A DNA stretch of 64,000 nt from Candidatus Omnitrophota bacterium (GCA_028717245.1 JAQUOD010000004.1:65508-129507); one strand, 5' to 3'. Numbered from the stretch's first letter, positions 1 through 10,404 are shown. Program-made: numbers and translations. The notes: generated from the letters alone by a model not told the origin.

Positions 1-957
1 TCTCCGGATAAGATAATCTCGCCTGCCCCCCCTATTAATTCTTTTAATTGTGCCTCATTAAAAACAACTGCCTCTTGTTTTTCTCCCTCCTCCTGAACGG
101 CTTCCAAATCTTTTAATAAAATCTTGAACTCCAGGGATTTAAAGAGCCGGAATAATTCTTTGGTATTCGGCGCGCTTACTTTCAATTTCTCTAATTCAAA
201 ATCCAGCGCCACCTCTTCATCCAGGACAGCCAACTCTTTATTTAATTTTATTTTATCAATATTACCCTCTACTGCCGCCTTTAAGCGCGGCGGCTTTATT
301 TTATCAATATTATTTAATAGTCCCTCCAATGACCCGAACTCTTTAATCAACCCTACCGCCGTCTTCTCTCCGATACCGGCAACGCCGGGGATATTATCCA
401 CATCATCCCCCATCAGCGCGACTACATCAGTCATCCTCTTTGGCTCCACTCCAAAACGCGCAAAGACTCTTTGCCCGTCATATATTGTGTCTTCGTTTTT
501 ACCGGGGCTAAACACCGCGATACCCTCATCCACTAACTGCAGGATATCTTTATCGGAGCTGACTATGGTTGTGGCTATGCCTTTTTCTTTTGCCCTCTTA
601 GCCAGGGTAGCGATGATATCGTCTGCCTCAAAACCTTCTTTTTCAAATATGGCTATGCCATAAGCAGAGATTATCTCTTTAATAATCGGGATTTGGCCGC
701 TTAGGCCTTCGGGCATCGGCGGACGCTGTATTTTATACTCCGCAAATTTCTTAAGCCTGAAGGTGTCCCGGGAAACGTCAAAACACACCGCCAAAAACTC
801 CGGCTTTTTCTCTTTTAAGATTTTATTTAATATATTTATAAAACCATAGACGGCGTTTGTCGGCTGGCCAAAAGATGTGCTCAAGCCGCGTAGTGCGTAA
901 AAGGCCCTGTAACAAAAGGCAGTAGCATCGATTAAAAATAATCTCGATTCAACCATT
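1..957 (-). CDS. polA: DNA polymerase I, N-terminal 5'-3' exonuclease domain (partial; continues beyond the window start).
   Basis: The reverse-complement translation from ATG at 955-957 reads MVESRLFLIDATAFCYRAFYAL...GDDVDNIPGVAGIGEKTA, a typical PolA/FEN 5'-3' exonuclease N-terminus. There is no stop codon before position 1. The six-frame track misses it because it runs off the edge. Confidence 0.8.
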
Positions 958-1042
958 TAAAAAATAGGCCCGGGAGAATCTTTTTTTAACATTAATTAAA
1001 CACGGAAATTGATTAAGGGCTGGATGATTTTGCAGCTCTATC

Positions 1043-2542
1043 TCATTCTAAAAGTTTATTACGGATCGTATTTACCAGGTCGCTGATTTCTGTATCGGAA
1101 GGGTCCAGATATTCCGCCACAGTGGCTTCTTTTAAAGCCGCGGTGTATTGGCCCTGATAAAAACTCCGCCTGGCGAGTTCTAAATGCCCTAAGGCGCGGC
1201 TTTTATTATCTGGTTGAGCCTGCAAGGCAGTATCTTCTTCTAATGCCTGCCCTTCTTTTTTTTCAAATAATTGTTTTCTTTCCTCGTTCTTTTCCTCTAA
1301 TAATCCTTCTTCAAGAGGCTCCTCTTTTTTGCTGAGCCGGGGCGTTTCTGTTTCTATTTGAGGCTCAACCTGGCCAAAGGGCTCCTGCCCCTTTTGATCT
1401 CTTTCAGGTTGCGCGGTTTGCCCTTCAGACGGAAGAATCCGGCTTTCTCTCAAGGGCCTAAATAAAGAGAGCACAGAATTCAATTCTTCCTGTTCTTTTT
1501 CCAAGGCCCCAAATTCTCCGTTCAGCTGGCTGCCCCTATCTTCAACCCGGAGCAATTCTTCAGAGACCTGCGAGAGTTGCCGTTGATTTTCTTGAAGTCG
1601 AAACATCAATTCCTCTCTTCGTTTGTCAAAGTCTAAAGATTGGGCCTCCAAGCCGGCTATTTGCTTTGGAAGTTCCTTAAGGCCCTCTTTCTGTTTGTCT
1701 AAAATGAATTTCTGGGTCTCTAATTCTTTAAGCGTATCCTCAAGTTGTTTTTGCTGCTCTTCAAAGAACTCTCTCTGGCCCTGGCTCTCCTGAAGCTGGC
1801 GCCTAATATCTTCTTTACGGATGCTTAAATCTAAAGATTGAGATTCTAAGTTAGTTATTTGTTCTGAAAGCTGCGGATATTTGGCTTGAAGGCCTTGTTC
1901 TTTACGAATTAAATCCTGCTTCTGTTTGTCTAAGGCGGCTTTTTGATTTCTTAATTTTTTGATTTTTATATCAAGCTGTTCTTGTTGTTGCTCAAGAGGC
2001 TCTAGGAACTGCTGACAGGCTTCAGGATAAAGAAGCGAAATCCCTCTGATTTGCTTCTTTGCTATTTCTACCCAGGAGTCTAAGGGATCACCCAGCTTTA
2101 TTCTTTTTACCCAACATCCCACAGCATCGCTATATTTGCCTTGGCCTTCATAGAGCAGGGCCAAATTAGAATAGCTATTAGGATAATCCGGTTCTAATTC
2201 TATCGCCTTAAGATACATCTGTTTTGCCTGCGCAGGCTGCCCGAGAGTTTCAAGAATAACTCCGGTGTCGTTATACGCTGGCGCATAAGAAGGGTCAAGG
2301 ACAATCGCCTTCTGGTAATAGGAGAAGGCCTCTTCTATCTTACCTTCCTGCTGTAATGCCAGGCCTCTTTCACGATAACTTATCGCCTCTTCCTGAAGCA
2401 CGGTCAAACCGCTGCCTTGCGCGCAGAAACCGGGCAGGGGCAAAAAAAGCACGGCAATAATAAAATAAAAGGGGAGCAACTTTGCGGGGTAATTTGGCAT
2501 TCTCGTGTTTTTTAGTATATAAGAAAACCCATAGCCGGTCAA
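1043..2542 (-). CDS. TPR-repeat protein with N-terminal signal/TM segment and a long central coiled coil (Q/E/L/K-rich).
   Basis: TPR-like A/Y/L periodicity at both ends (e.g. AISYRERGLALQQEGKIEEAFSYYQKAI), with a heptad-rich EQ/KL middle. Confidence 0.65.
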   Translation of the reverse strand: MTGYGFSYILKNTRMPNYPAKLLPFYFIIAVLFLPLPGFCAQGSGLTVLQEEAISYRERGLALQQEGKIEEAFSYYQKAIVLDPSYAPAYNDTGVILETLGQPAQAKQMYLKAIELEPDYPNSYSNLALLYEGQGKYSDAVGCWVKRIKLGDPLDSWVEIAKKQIRGISLLYPEACQQFLEPLEQQQEQLDIKIKKLRNQKAALDKQKQDLIRKEQGLQAKYPQLSEQITNLESQSLDLSIRKEDIRRQLQESQGQREFFEEQQKQLEDTLKELETQKFILDKQKEGLKELPKQIAGLEAQSLDFDKRREELMFRLQENQRQLSQVSEELLRVEDRGSQLNGEFGALEKEQEELNSVLSLFRPLRESRILPSEGQTAQPERDQKGQEPFGQVEPQIETETPRLSKKEEPLEEGLLEEKNEERKQLFEKKEGQALEEDTALQAQPDNKSRALGHLELARRSFYQGQYTAALKEATVAEYLDPSDTEISDLVNTIRNKLLE

Positions 2543-2549
2543 GAGAAAA

Positions 2550-4730
2550 TTACATCAACGGCGGCAAATCCAGGACAGGATGGTGCACCTTCTGCAAAAA
2601 AACCAACAGCTCTTCTTGCGTCGTAGCTATTGTTTCATCGGCGATCTTATCAATTAAATCAGGTTCGCCTAAATCTTGAGCGCGTTTTTTTAACTTATCC
2701 CCCAACAACTCTTTTAACTCTTTAGGCATCCAAACTAAGCGCTTTAATGCGCCTTCGGCTGAAATAAACTTCTTGCTCACTATATAAAGCTTACCCACGC
2801 CTAAGAAACCCGGGGTCTGCACGCCTCCGCCTACTGAACCGGCTAAGGTAGTGAAGGTCATGCCGCAGGGGGTCATCCCAGGATAATCCCTGTGCACGGC
2901 CATCACCCCGTTTGCTTCCGGGATAATCGCCACGATACACTCAAAACAGCCGCAAGACGATTGCGGAGAATCCATCAGGGAATACATACTTACCTTTTCG
3001 ATGGCCTTATTGGATTTCTGGTTTACGAATTCATTTATATTTTTCCACTGCCCCAATTTCTCATCGAGCAGTTCACCCTTTAGCACAGGCTGGTTTGGCC
3101 CCGTCGGGACAATCTCGTAAGAGGCCTTGCCGTCAAGCCAGGAATATGCCCCGCATAACCCGAGGCGCTCGGGGGTAATAATACAGACATGATTAGGGGC
3201 AAAACTCTGACAGAGCGTGCAGCTGTAAAACGTATCTACGCTCTCATCAGTCATGCCGCTAATACGCTCATCGCGCTCATCAAAAACCTTCTTGGCTTGA
3301 GGTAATAATTTTTCCACATCCGCTGATTTAGTATATATTTTCACCTGTACCTTGTCCAGGATGGCGCTGTATTCCTGGTGCAGCATGGCATGTAAAATTA
3401 CGCCGATATGCTTAAGCCGGAAACCCTTATTAAAGGCATCGTTGGATATCCTGATCCAGTTCATATCCCTCTGGCCTATATGCATCAGGCCCATGGCATA
3501 ATTAACAAAGCGGTGGATCTGGCGCTCTAATATGGGTTCGAAGTCTTTTTGCATTTTGCGGCCGGCTACTTCCACCACAATCGCCAGGGGCATGGCCTTT
3601 TTATCTTTCTCCATCCGGTCGATATCCTCGCCAATAAGCTCTACCTTGCCGTCTTCAACTTCATCTAACTTTTTGGTCGTTAGGTATTCAAAGGCATGGC
3701 TAGCCTTACCGCCGAATTCAACATACAATTGTTCTTTCCTGACGCGTTCACCCTCAAATGCCGCGGCATAAGCAACCGGTATGGGTATAGAGGTAATCTT
3801 CACTTTAACGCCCCTTACCTCTATGCAACGCGGCACAATCTTTTTATAATCTAATTCCTTTACCAACGCCTCATAAACCGTAATCCCCGAGGGTTTTATT
3901 TCCGGGATATCCGTATCGGCAATGATGGGGAAACCCATATTAATTGCCCCGGCGCCGGTAGCATACTTTATATCATCAAGTTCGCCTAAGACCAGCCCGA
4001 AGGCAAAGACGCGCTCTTTGGTATACATCAGGCACTTTTGTGCCTGGCCGGGCTTAATCCCGCCGAAGGTCAAAGCGGAGCGTATGGCCCAGTTCAAGGG
4101 ATATATCGCAGAAATGGTATCGCGGCCGTAAGGGACAATATAATTATCCCAGCCCATCTGCACGTTTTCTTCCAAGAGCTGGTCGATGATGGAGCGTCCC
4201 TTGACGGAAGAACCGACAAAAATCAGGATATTCCTCTGTTGCAGCTGCCGTATAATATCCACTGCTGTTTTATTATCCGGGGCAGCCCCCAGTATCGCCG
4301 CAAACCCCGGCATACGGCCGTCTACCAGTTGTATCCCCAGGGAACGCATAATCGTATCCGTAAAGAAACCGTTACAATCCTTTTGCGGCTCTTCGCTGTA
4401 AAGATAGCGTAGCGCCACAATAATTTCTTCGCAGAATAATGCCGACATACCCGCATTCAAGGCATCCCCAAGGTAGGGAAGCCAGACTTTATCCGACGGC
4501 GGTTTAGGTAAAAGGGACTTAGCATGTTCTAAAATAGGTAATGCCTCCTTTAAGGTCTCAACCTTCGCGCCCAGGAGTGCATTAGCTAAAGGCAGATAGA
4601 ATGCCGTTTCGGGAAAATCGATTTTCTGACTAGGCCCTTTTTCTTTGATGGCCTTGTCTAAAAAACTTGAGGCCTCTTTAAAAATTTCATGCGCGCCCTT
4701 TATAACCGAAGTAGCTACAACCTTAGACAT
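2550..4730 (-). CDS. acsB: Acetyl-CoA synthase (CODH/ACS complex A-cluster subunit).
   Basis: 726 aa. A-cluster ligand pattern C-x2-C-x8-C-x9-C (SCTLCQSFAPNHVCIITPERLGLCG) plus the SSCGCFEC Cys-Gly-Cys bridge motif. Confidence 0.85.
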   Translation of the reverse strand: MSKVVATSVIKGAHEIFKEASSFLDKAIKEKGPSQKIDFPETAFYLPLANALLGAKVETLKEALPILEHAKSLLPKPPSDKVWLPYLGDALNAGMSALFCEEIIVALRYLYSEEPQKDCNGFFTDTIMRSLGIQLVDGRMPGFAAILGAAPDNKTAVDIIRQLQQRNILIFVGSSVKGRSIIDQLLEENVQMGWDNYIVPYGRDTISAIYPLNWAIRSALTFGGIKPGQAQKCLMYTKERVFAFGLVLGELDDIKYATGAGAINMGFPIIADTDIPEIKPSGITVYEALVKELDYKKIVPRCIEVRGVKVKITSIPIPVAYAAAFEGERVRKEQLYVEFGGKASHAFEYLTTKKLDEVEDGKVELIGEDIDRMEKDKKAMPLAIVVEVAGRKMQKDFEPILERQIHRFVNYAMGLMHIGQRDMNWIRISNDAFNKGFRLKHIGVILHAMLHQEYSAILDKVQVKIYTKSADVEKLLPQAKKVFDERDERISGMTDESVDTFYSCTLCQSFAPNHVCIITPERLGLCGAYSWLDGKASYEIVPTGPNQPVLKGELLDEKLGQWKNINEFVNQKSNKAIEKVSMYSLMDSPQSSCGCFECIVAIIPEANGVMAVHRDYPGMTPCGMTFTTLAGSVGGGVQTPGFLGVGKLYIVSKKFISAEGALKRLVWMPKELKELLGDKLKKRAQDLGEPDLIDKIADETIATTQEELLVFLQKVHHPVLDLPPLM

Positions 4731-5988
4731 ATAAGTGCTCCTTATCTTTAACTAAAGCCATAATATCAGGGTAACCGAAATTCTCCCGGAGTAACTTATC
4801 CTTAAAAGACGATACCTCTATGCGCTCTCTAATCAATCTCAAGAGGACGCCGCTATTCTTAATATCGCCTACCAATATTGCCCCCACCGCAAAATTATCT
4901 TTTAAGATTATCTTTTTGTAAAGATTTGCCTTTGTATCATGGAGTTTTAGTTCTTCAAAACCGGCCTCGCCGTCTTTTACTTTATATATACCCAAAGATA
5001 CCGCAGGCAGGCCAAAAAATTCTATGGAATTCATGCCCAGAGAACCCGCGTAATTCAAATTTCCTCCGGCTATATTCGCACCGGCAACCCTGCCCTGTTC
5101 CACTGCCACCGGCCAAAGGGCATTCACGCAAAGCCCGCCCAAAGTTAGATCAAAACTCTCCGCGCAATCACCGGCAGCGTAAATATTAGCTATGTTAGCC
5201 TGTAAAAGATTATTGGTAATTATGCCTTCGTTAAATTTTATCTCTGTTTCCTTGATGGGGTCCATATTCGGGGTAACGCCCTTACCTACGACGACCAGCG
5301 AGGTTTCAAAGGCCTTGCCCGAACCAAGCTTAATCGCCTTTATGTCGCCGTTACCGATAATCTCTGCTACATCCTCACCTAAAATGAATTCAATACCGTT
5401 CTCCTCTAATCTTTTCTGCACAAAACCGGCTGCCTCAGAATCCAGCATCTGCGATAATACCTGCCTGGACTTAATCACTACTTTTACGCCGACATTCCTC
5501 TTTTTTAAAGCATACGCGGCTTTAAGCCCGACGAGGCCGCCGCCCAAAACACAGGCTGCCTTGGTTATTGGCAGGAGGCCGGAGATTTCTTTCGCGTCTT
5601 TTATAGTGCGCAGGCCAAATACGCCCCTTTTCTTAATACCTTTTGTCTCGGGTAATTTTGGCGAAGCGCCTGTGGCTATAAGCAAGGTGTCGTAACTGAC
5701 CTGAGTCTTATCTTCTAAAGTTATACGGCTCTTCTTAGGGTCAATGCGCGCTACTTTCTTATTCAAAAATAACTCAATATTATTTTCGCGGTAGAAATCT
5801 TCCGGCCGGTATAAAATCTTTTCTTCTTTTACGTCGCCGGCTAAATAATAAGAGATAAGGCAACGGCAATAGGCAGGATAATCCTCATCGGAAAAAATGA
5901 GGATTTTAGCGGCTACGTCATTTTTTCTTATTGCCTCAGCCGCGCTTATGCCTGCTGCCGAATTGCCGATTATAACGTATTGTTTCAT
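4723..5988 (-). CDS. FAD-dependent pyridine nucleotide-disulfide oxidoreductase (CODH-associated NAD(P) oxidoreductase).
   Basis: N-terminal MKQYVIIGNSAAGISAAEAIRK dinucleotide-binding motif and a second GGGLVGLKAA Rossmann motif. It sits between cooF and acsB. Confidence 0.75.
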   Translation of the reverse strand: MKQYVIIGNSAAGISAAEAIRKNDVAAKILIFSDEDYPAYCRCLISYYLAGDVKEEKILYRPEDFYRENNIELFLNKKVARIDPKKSRITLEDKTQVSYDTLLIATGASPKLPETKGIKKRGVFGLRTIKDAKEISGLLPITKAACVLGGGLVGLKAAYALKKRNVGVKVVIKSRQVLSQMLDSEAAGFVQKRLEENGIEFILGEDVAEIIGNGDIKAIKLGSGKAFETSLVVVGKGVTPNMDPIKETEIKFNEGIITNNLLQANIANIYAAGDCAESFDLTLGGLCVNALWPVAVEQGRVAGANIAGGNLNYAGSLGMNSIEFFGLPAVSLGIYKVKDGEAGFEELKLHDTKANLYKKIILKDNFAVGAILVGDIKNSGVLLRLIRERIEVSSFKDKLLRENFGYPDIMALVKDKEHLYV

Positions 5989-6009
5989 CCTTAACCTATT
6001 ACCTCCAAC

Positions 6010-6044
6010 AACATTAAAACATTAAAACATTTAAACTTTCAAAC
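6010..6044. repeat. AAAACATT / AAACTTTC word repeat overlapping the cooF stop, upstream of the FAD oxidoreductase gene.
   Basis: aacattaaaacattaaaacatttaaactttcaaac. Confidence 0.75.
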
Positions 6045-6480
6045 TAAGTTCCTCTTGCCAGATAATCGCACCCGTAGGGCAGGCCTTAACACAACTCGGT
6101 TCATCTTTATCCTTACATTTATCACAGCGTAAGGGTAACTTTGTCTTTATATTCGGCCTGATAGCGCCGTAGGGACAAACCATCACGCACATCCAGCATC
6201 CTACGCAGCGCTTATCGTCATGCAGGACCATGCCTTTTTCTTTATCATAAACCAAGGCCGCAGCCATACAGGCATCTACGCAGACGGGGTCTTTACAATG
6301 CCGACAGGAAACCGGATAGTTCTTATCTTTTGAGGCTAAAACTTTTTTCCTGGGCAGGGATAAAACTTCTTCTTTAAACGCCTTAAATAAATCGCCCGTA
6401 AGAGAATGCGCCACGGCACAGGCGATCTCGCAGGATTTACAACCCAGGCATTTTTTTACATCATAATATAACTGCTTCAT
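6031..6480 (-). CDS. cooF: 4Fe-4S ferredoxin, CooF-like CODH electron-transfer subunit.
   Basis: Multiple CxxCxxCxxxCP motifs (CLGCKSCEIAC, CVGCWMCVMVCP). Immediately downstream of cooS. Confidence 0.75.
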   Translation of the reverse strand: MKQLYYDVKKCLGCKSCEIACAVAHSLTGDLFKAFKEEVLSLPRKKVLASKDKNYPVSCRHCKDPVCVDACMAAALVYDKEKGMVLHDDKRCVGCWMCVMVCPYGAIRPNIKTKLPLRCDKCKDKDEPSCVKACPTGAIIWQEELSLKV

Positions 6481-6488
6481 CTCGTCTC

Positions 6489-6563
6489 AGGGACGGTTCT
6501 CAAGATAATCTTAAAGTGTCCCCTGAAAAGGGACACTTTTGCTTTGAGTTGAGAACCGTCCCT
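6489..6563. promoter_or_regulatory. Nested perfect hairpins in the cooS-cooF intergenic region: 15-bp outer stem AGGGACGGTTCTCAA / TTGAGAACCGTCCCT enclosing a 9-bp inner stem AAGTGTCCC / GGGACACTT.
   Basis: Read directly. No U-tract follows on the transcribed strand. Confidence 0.55.
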
Positions 6564-6571
6564 ACTATTTT

Positions 6572-8482
6572 TCATTCATACATTACCGGCTTGAGCTTCA
6601 AATCTTTTCTTTTCTTATCAATATGTTCAATCATCAGATGTGCGGCTTTTATGGGATCAACCTCAAAAGCAAATTTTCCTCCCACTAAGTCCTGGAGGTC
6701 TCCGGTAATAAAATCGGTTACTTTCTGACTTCCTAGAACCGGTTGAGGCGTGCCAAAAACAGTGAATACGCCGCTGGCCACAAAATAAAAACCAATAGAA
6801 ACTGCCTTCTCGCTCATCCATTCTGGCGCTGCTCCTGCTACCGGCAGGTCGCTAATCTTCTCACCCAAGCCACCTTCTTCAATAATCTTGGAGCAGGCAA
6901 TTAAAATCCTGGAATTATCTACACAACTTCCTACATGCAAGACCGGAGGAATCCCTACTGCCTCGCAAATCTCCTGTAACCCCTTGCCGGCAAATTCAAA
7001 TGCTGATTCCGGCTTCAATAATCCTATCTTTGCGTTAGCAATGGCTGAACAACCAGTCACTACCACCAAGACATTATTCTTGAGCAGCTCCTTTACCATT
7101 GCCGTATGGCCAAGGTCATGGGGCACATTAGGATTATTGCAGCCAACCACTCCGGCTATCCCGCGCAATCTCCCTGAAATTATACCCTCATTTACCGGTT
7201 TCCAGGTAGAACGATATTCTCCGCCAATAATATAAGGAATATCTTCAGCGGTAAATCCGGCAATTAAATCCATTGATTCCTCAGGGATGACCACCCTGGC
7301 TTTATTCCTATTCTCAAAATTATCAACTGCCTTCTTGAGGATTAATTTACAGATTTCAAATGCCTTCTCTTGTTTAAATTCAATATGGGTAACACCGGGA
7401 AATTTAGCCTTGGGGCTTGTGGTGATCAATTGCGTATGGAAACAATTGGCAACCTCGGCTAACGCCGGCATAATGCATTGAACGTCAACCATCATCAATT
7501 CCACCGCTCCGGTAAGGATGGCTAATTCCTGTTGAAGAAAATTTCCTGCCACATGGATCCCGTGGCGCATAAGAATCTCATTAGCCGTACAACACATACC
7601 CACAATATTAATGCCTTCTGCGCCCTTTGCCTTGGCCAATTTGATTAGTTCCGGATCCTGGCCTGCCTGGACAATCACATCAGAAAGAGTAGGTTCATGC
7701 CCGTGGACAACTACATTGACGTAATTTTCTTTTAAAACCCCCAAATTAACTTTTGATTTAATGGGAATGGGCGCTCCGAACAGAATATCGCTTAATTCCG
7801 TGGCAATCATTGAGCCGCCCCAGCCATCAGATAGGGCGGTACGCAAGCCATGCATGATAATATTCTTATAATCGTTATCTACCCCCATATGCGTGCGGTG
7901 CATACATTCAACAATTTCGCGGTCAATACCCCGCGGCACAACCCCTAATTTTCTCCAGGCATCCTGGGTCTTTTTGGGGGCGCGCGAAATAAAGCGAAGC
8001 TCATCTTCTTGCTGACCAAATTCATGTAATGCCTTTGCTGCCACCTCACCTGCAATCTCTAAATCTTTTTTACCCTCAACCTTTATTCCATAAAGAAAAG
8101 CTACTTCTTTTAACTTGACCGGATTACTTATTTTATAATCATGGGCCTTGCCCTCTGAGGCCAAAAGTAAAGCCTCGGCAATGTCTCTTCCGTGATCAGA
8201 GTGGGCAGCCGCGCCTGAAGCAATCATTCTTAAAAGATTGCGGGCAACAATAGTATCGGCGCTTGCGCCGCAGACTCCCTTTTTCGCGCCTTCTCCGAAT
8301 GGATCAATCCGACAGGGGCCCATGTTACATATACGGCAACAGATACCTAATTGGCCAAATCCGCACTGCGGCTGCATAATCTCATAACGGTCCCAAACAA
8401 TCTCAATGTTATCAAGCCCTGCCTGCTCAATCATCTTTTGGCTGGCAGGATCTACTGATTTTGTTTTTATGTTATTATTCAC
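6572..8482 (-). CDS. cooS: Anaerobic carbon-monoxide dehydrogenase catalytic subunit.
   Basis: 636 aa. N-terminus CGFGQLGICCRICNMGPCRI (B/D-cluster Cys) and Ni-CODH-like conservation throughout. Confidence 0.9.
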   Translation of the reverse strand: MNNNIKTKSVDPASQKMIEQAGLDNIEIVWDRYEIMQPQCGFGQLGICCRICNMGPCRIDPFGEGAKKGVCGASADTIVARNLLRMIASGAAAHSDHGRDIAEALLLASEGKAHDYKISNPVKLKEVAFLYGIKVEGKKDLEIAGEVAAKALHEFGQQEDELRFISRAPKKTQDAWRKLGVVPRGIDREIVECMHRTHMGVDNDYKNIIMHGLRTALSDGWGGSMIATELSDILFGAPIPIKSKVNLGVLKENYVNVVVHGHEPTLSDVIVQAGQDPELIKLAKAKGAEGINIVGMCCTANEILMRHGIHVAGNFLQQELAILTGAVELMMVDVQCIMPALAEVANCFHTQLITTSPKAKFPGVTHIEFKQEKAFEICKLILKKAVDNFENRNKARVVIPEESMDLIAGFTAEDIPYIIGGEYRSTWKPVNEGIISGRLRGIAGVVGCNNPNVPHDLGHTAMVKELLKNNVLVVVTGCSAIANAKIGLLKPESAFEFAGKGLQEICEAVGIPPVLHVGSCVDNSRILIACSKIIEEGGLGEKISDLPVAGAAPEWMSEKAVSIGFYFVASGVFTVFGTPQPVLGSQKVTDFITGDLQDLVGGKFAFEVDPIKAAHLMIEHIDKKRKDLKLKPVMYE

Positions 8483-8499
8483 CTTAATCCTCCCGATAT

Positions 8500-9375
8500 C
8501 TATAGTCCTGCTGCATCCAATACCAAAGGGACCTTCTTATCCCAGCCAATGGGCATGATATGAATTCCATGACACATTGGTTTTAATTCTTTTATTAATC
8601 GTACGGCTATCTCTATAGACCTCTTCGCTCTCTCTTCTTTAGGCGCTGAGCTCATTTCATCTATCAGGTTCTGCGGGACAGTAACCCCGGCAACATTCTC
8701 ATTCATATACTTTGCCATACCCGCGGATTTCAATAAAACGATACCTGCCAATATGGTTGTCTTAAGGTGCTTTATTTTATTTAAAAAATTCTCAAAGACT
8801 TTTATATCATAAACTGCTTGGGTCTGAAAGAATTCTGCGCCAGCTTCTATCTTCTTTTCCATCTTCAGGATCTGCGGCTCTATGGGGTCTGCCCCGGGGT
8901 TAACCACAGCACCGACGCAAAATTTAGGCGGCTGGCCTTCCAATTTATTCCCTTTCATATCAGAACCTTCCTGAAGTTTCTTCACTACGCCTAATAATTG
9001 CACGGAATCCAAATCAAATACGGGTTTTGCTTCCGGGTGGTCGCCTAAAGTAGTATGGTCGCCGGTTAAAATAAGTAAATTTTCTATGCCCAAGGCGGCG
9101 GCGGATAAGATATCCGACTGAAGCGCAAGGCGATTCCTGTCGCGGCAGGTCACCTGGAATATCGGCTCAAACCCCTTCTGTTTTAATAAACTAGAAACGG
9201 CTAAAGACCCCAGGCGCATCACCGAGCTTTGTAAGTCCGTGACGTTTATAGCATCTACGCGGCCGCGGATGAGTTCAGCGTCCTCCAGAAGAATCTTGGT
9301 CTCAATCCCCTTCGGCGGCCCAATCTCCGAAGTCACCAAAAACTTCCCAGACTCTAATTTTTCTTTGAAAGTCAT
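8500..9375 (-). CDS. metF: Methylenetetrahydrofolate reductase (MetF-like).
   Basis: 291-aa MTHFR-like TIM-barrel sequence in a folate/WL cluster between folD and cooS. Confidence 0.7.
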   Translation of the reverse strand: MTFKEKLESGKFLVTSEIGPPKGIETKILLEDAELIRGRVDAINVTDLQSSVMRLGSLAVSSLLKQKGFEPIFQVTCRDRNRLALQSDILSAAALGIENLLILTGDHTTLGDHPEAKPVFDLDSVQLLGVVKKLQEGSDMKGNKLEGQPPKFCVGAVVNPGADPIEPQILKMEKKIEAGAEFFQTQAVYDIKVFENFLNKIKHLKTTILAGIVLLKSAGMAKYMNENVAGVTVPQNLIDEMSSAPKEERAKRSIEIAVRLIKELKPMCHGIHIMPIGWDKKVPLVLDAAGL

Positions 9376-9390
9376 TACTATCTTCTCTTT

Positions 9391-9490
9391 AGCGGGTGAC
9401 GCGGGAGATGCCTCGAGCCAAATTTGGCGAGAGGCTCATCACGCGGTGAGGACCCGCTACCTCACCAGCGAAAAAAAGACAGATTCATTT
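9391..9490. repeat. Short copy of the GC-rich 'X' element family. It has the outer arms of the 20826-21020 copy with the middle missing, and ends in a GACAGATTCATTT motif.
   Basis: AGCGGGTGACG...ATGCCTCG...GGACCCGCTACCTCACCAGCGAAAAAAAGACAGATTCATTT matches both ends of the 20826-21020 copy. Confidence 0.5.
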
Positions 9491-9502
9491 ACTATGTTAT
9501 CA

Positions 9503-9553
9503 GGGACAGTCCCCTTGGTTTGCTTCGGATTAGCTTTCTACGGGGACAGTCCC
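9503..9553. repeat. REP-like pair of GGGACAGTCCC(C) 5-1-5 palindromes spaced about 27 nt apart, starting 5 nt beyond the folD stop codon.
   Basis: AGGGACAGTCCCCTTGGTTT...TACGGGGACAGTCCCT. The same unit recurs at 18357-18407 and 21103-21154. Confidence 0.6.
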
Positions 9554-9558
9554 TGTTA

Positions 9559-10404
9559 CTATTCTTGTTGTAACTTTGCTGCTTCGACGACGTTACGCAT
9601 CAGCATAGTAACGGTCAGGGGGCCGACACCGCCGGGAACCGGGGTAATATAGGATGCGCGTTTTTCTGCAGCCTCAAATTCCACATCGCCGACGATTTTA
9701 TCAGCCACGCGGTTTATCCCCACATCAATCACCACTGCGCCCTCTTTAATCCATTCGCCTTTAATGAGCCCGGCCCTGCCTACTGCCACAATCAAAACTT
9801 CGGCCTTATTGACGTGCTCCTCTAATTTTTCTGCCTTTGACGTGCCGATATGGCAGACCGTAACCGTAGCAAATTTATCCAATAATAAAAGTGAAAGCGG
9901 CTTACCCACGATTTCGCTGTGGCCTACGACTACCACTTCCTTACCGTATAAATCCAACCCTGTTTCTTTCAATAGCTCCATTACCGCTGCCGGGGTACAA
10001 GGCAATATCTTCGCCTGGCCAAAAACAATCTTACCAATATTCGCCGGGTGCATTCCCTCCACATCTTTATCCGGTGAAATATACTGGCTGATTTTTTTAT
10101 AATCTATTTGGGGCGGAAGCGGCATCTGGATAATAATACCGTTAATAGACTTATCTATATTTAATTTCCAGATAAATTCAGTAAGGGAAACCTCAGTAGT
10201 ATCCGCGCTTAACTTATGGAATTGATATTCTATGCCTAAGCCCTCTGCGTTTTTTTTCTGAGACTTTGCGTAGGCCTCGGCACCGGCGTTATCCCCTACC
10301 TGGATACTGGCTAAAACCGGCTTATTCTTTAAAGAAACTATCTCTTGTTTGATCCCTTCTTTTATCTTCTCTGCTAACGGCTTACCCTCTAATAATTTTG
10401 CCAA
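9559..10404 (-). CDS. folD: Bifunctional methylene-THF dehydrogenase / methenyl-THF cyclohydrolase.
   Basis: MAKLLEGKPLAEKIKEGIKQEI... with FolD-family length and conservation. Confidence 0.9.
   Translation of the reverse strand: MAKLLEGKPLAEKIKEGIKQEIVSLKNKPVLASIQVGDNAGAEAYAKSQKKNAEGLGIEYQFHKLSADTTEVSLTEFIWKLNIDKSINGIIIQMPLPPQIDYKKISQYISPDKDVEGMHPANIGKIVFGQAKILPCTPAAVMELLKETGLDLYGKEVVVVGHSEIVGKPLSLLLLDKFATVTVCHIGTSKAEKLEEHVNKAEVLIVAVGRAGLIKGEWIKEGAVVIDVGINRVADKIVGDVEFEAAEKRASYITPVPGGVGPLTVTMLMRNVVEAAKLQQE

Noticed and set aside
124-663. Plus-strand 179-aa ORF at the window start.
   Set aside because: Low-complexity S/T/P-rich translation with no recognisable domain. It lies entirely inside a strongly supported minus-strand polA 5'-3' exonuclease coding region.
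957-1043. Searched short intergenic regions (957-1043, 36857-36892, 37568-37681) for tRNA or sRNA genes.
   Set aside because: No cloverleaf-compatible sequence or strong terminator hairpin was seen. These appear to be ordinary AT-rich spacers.
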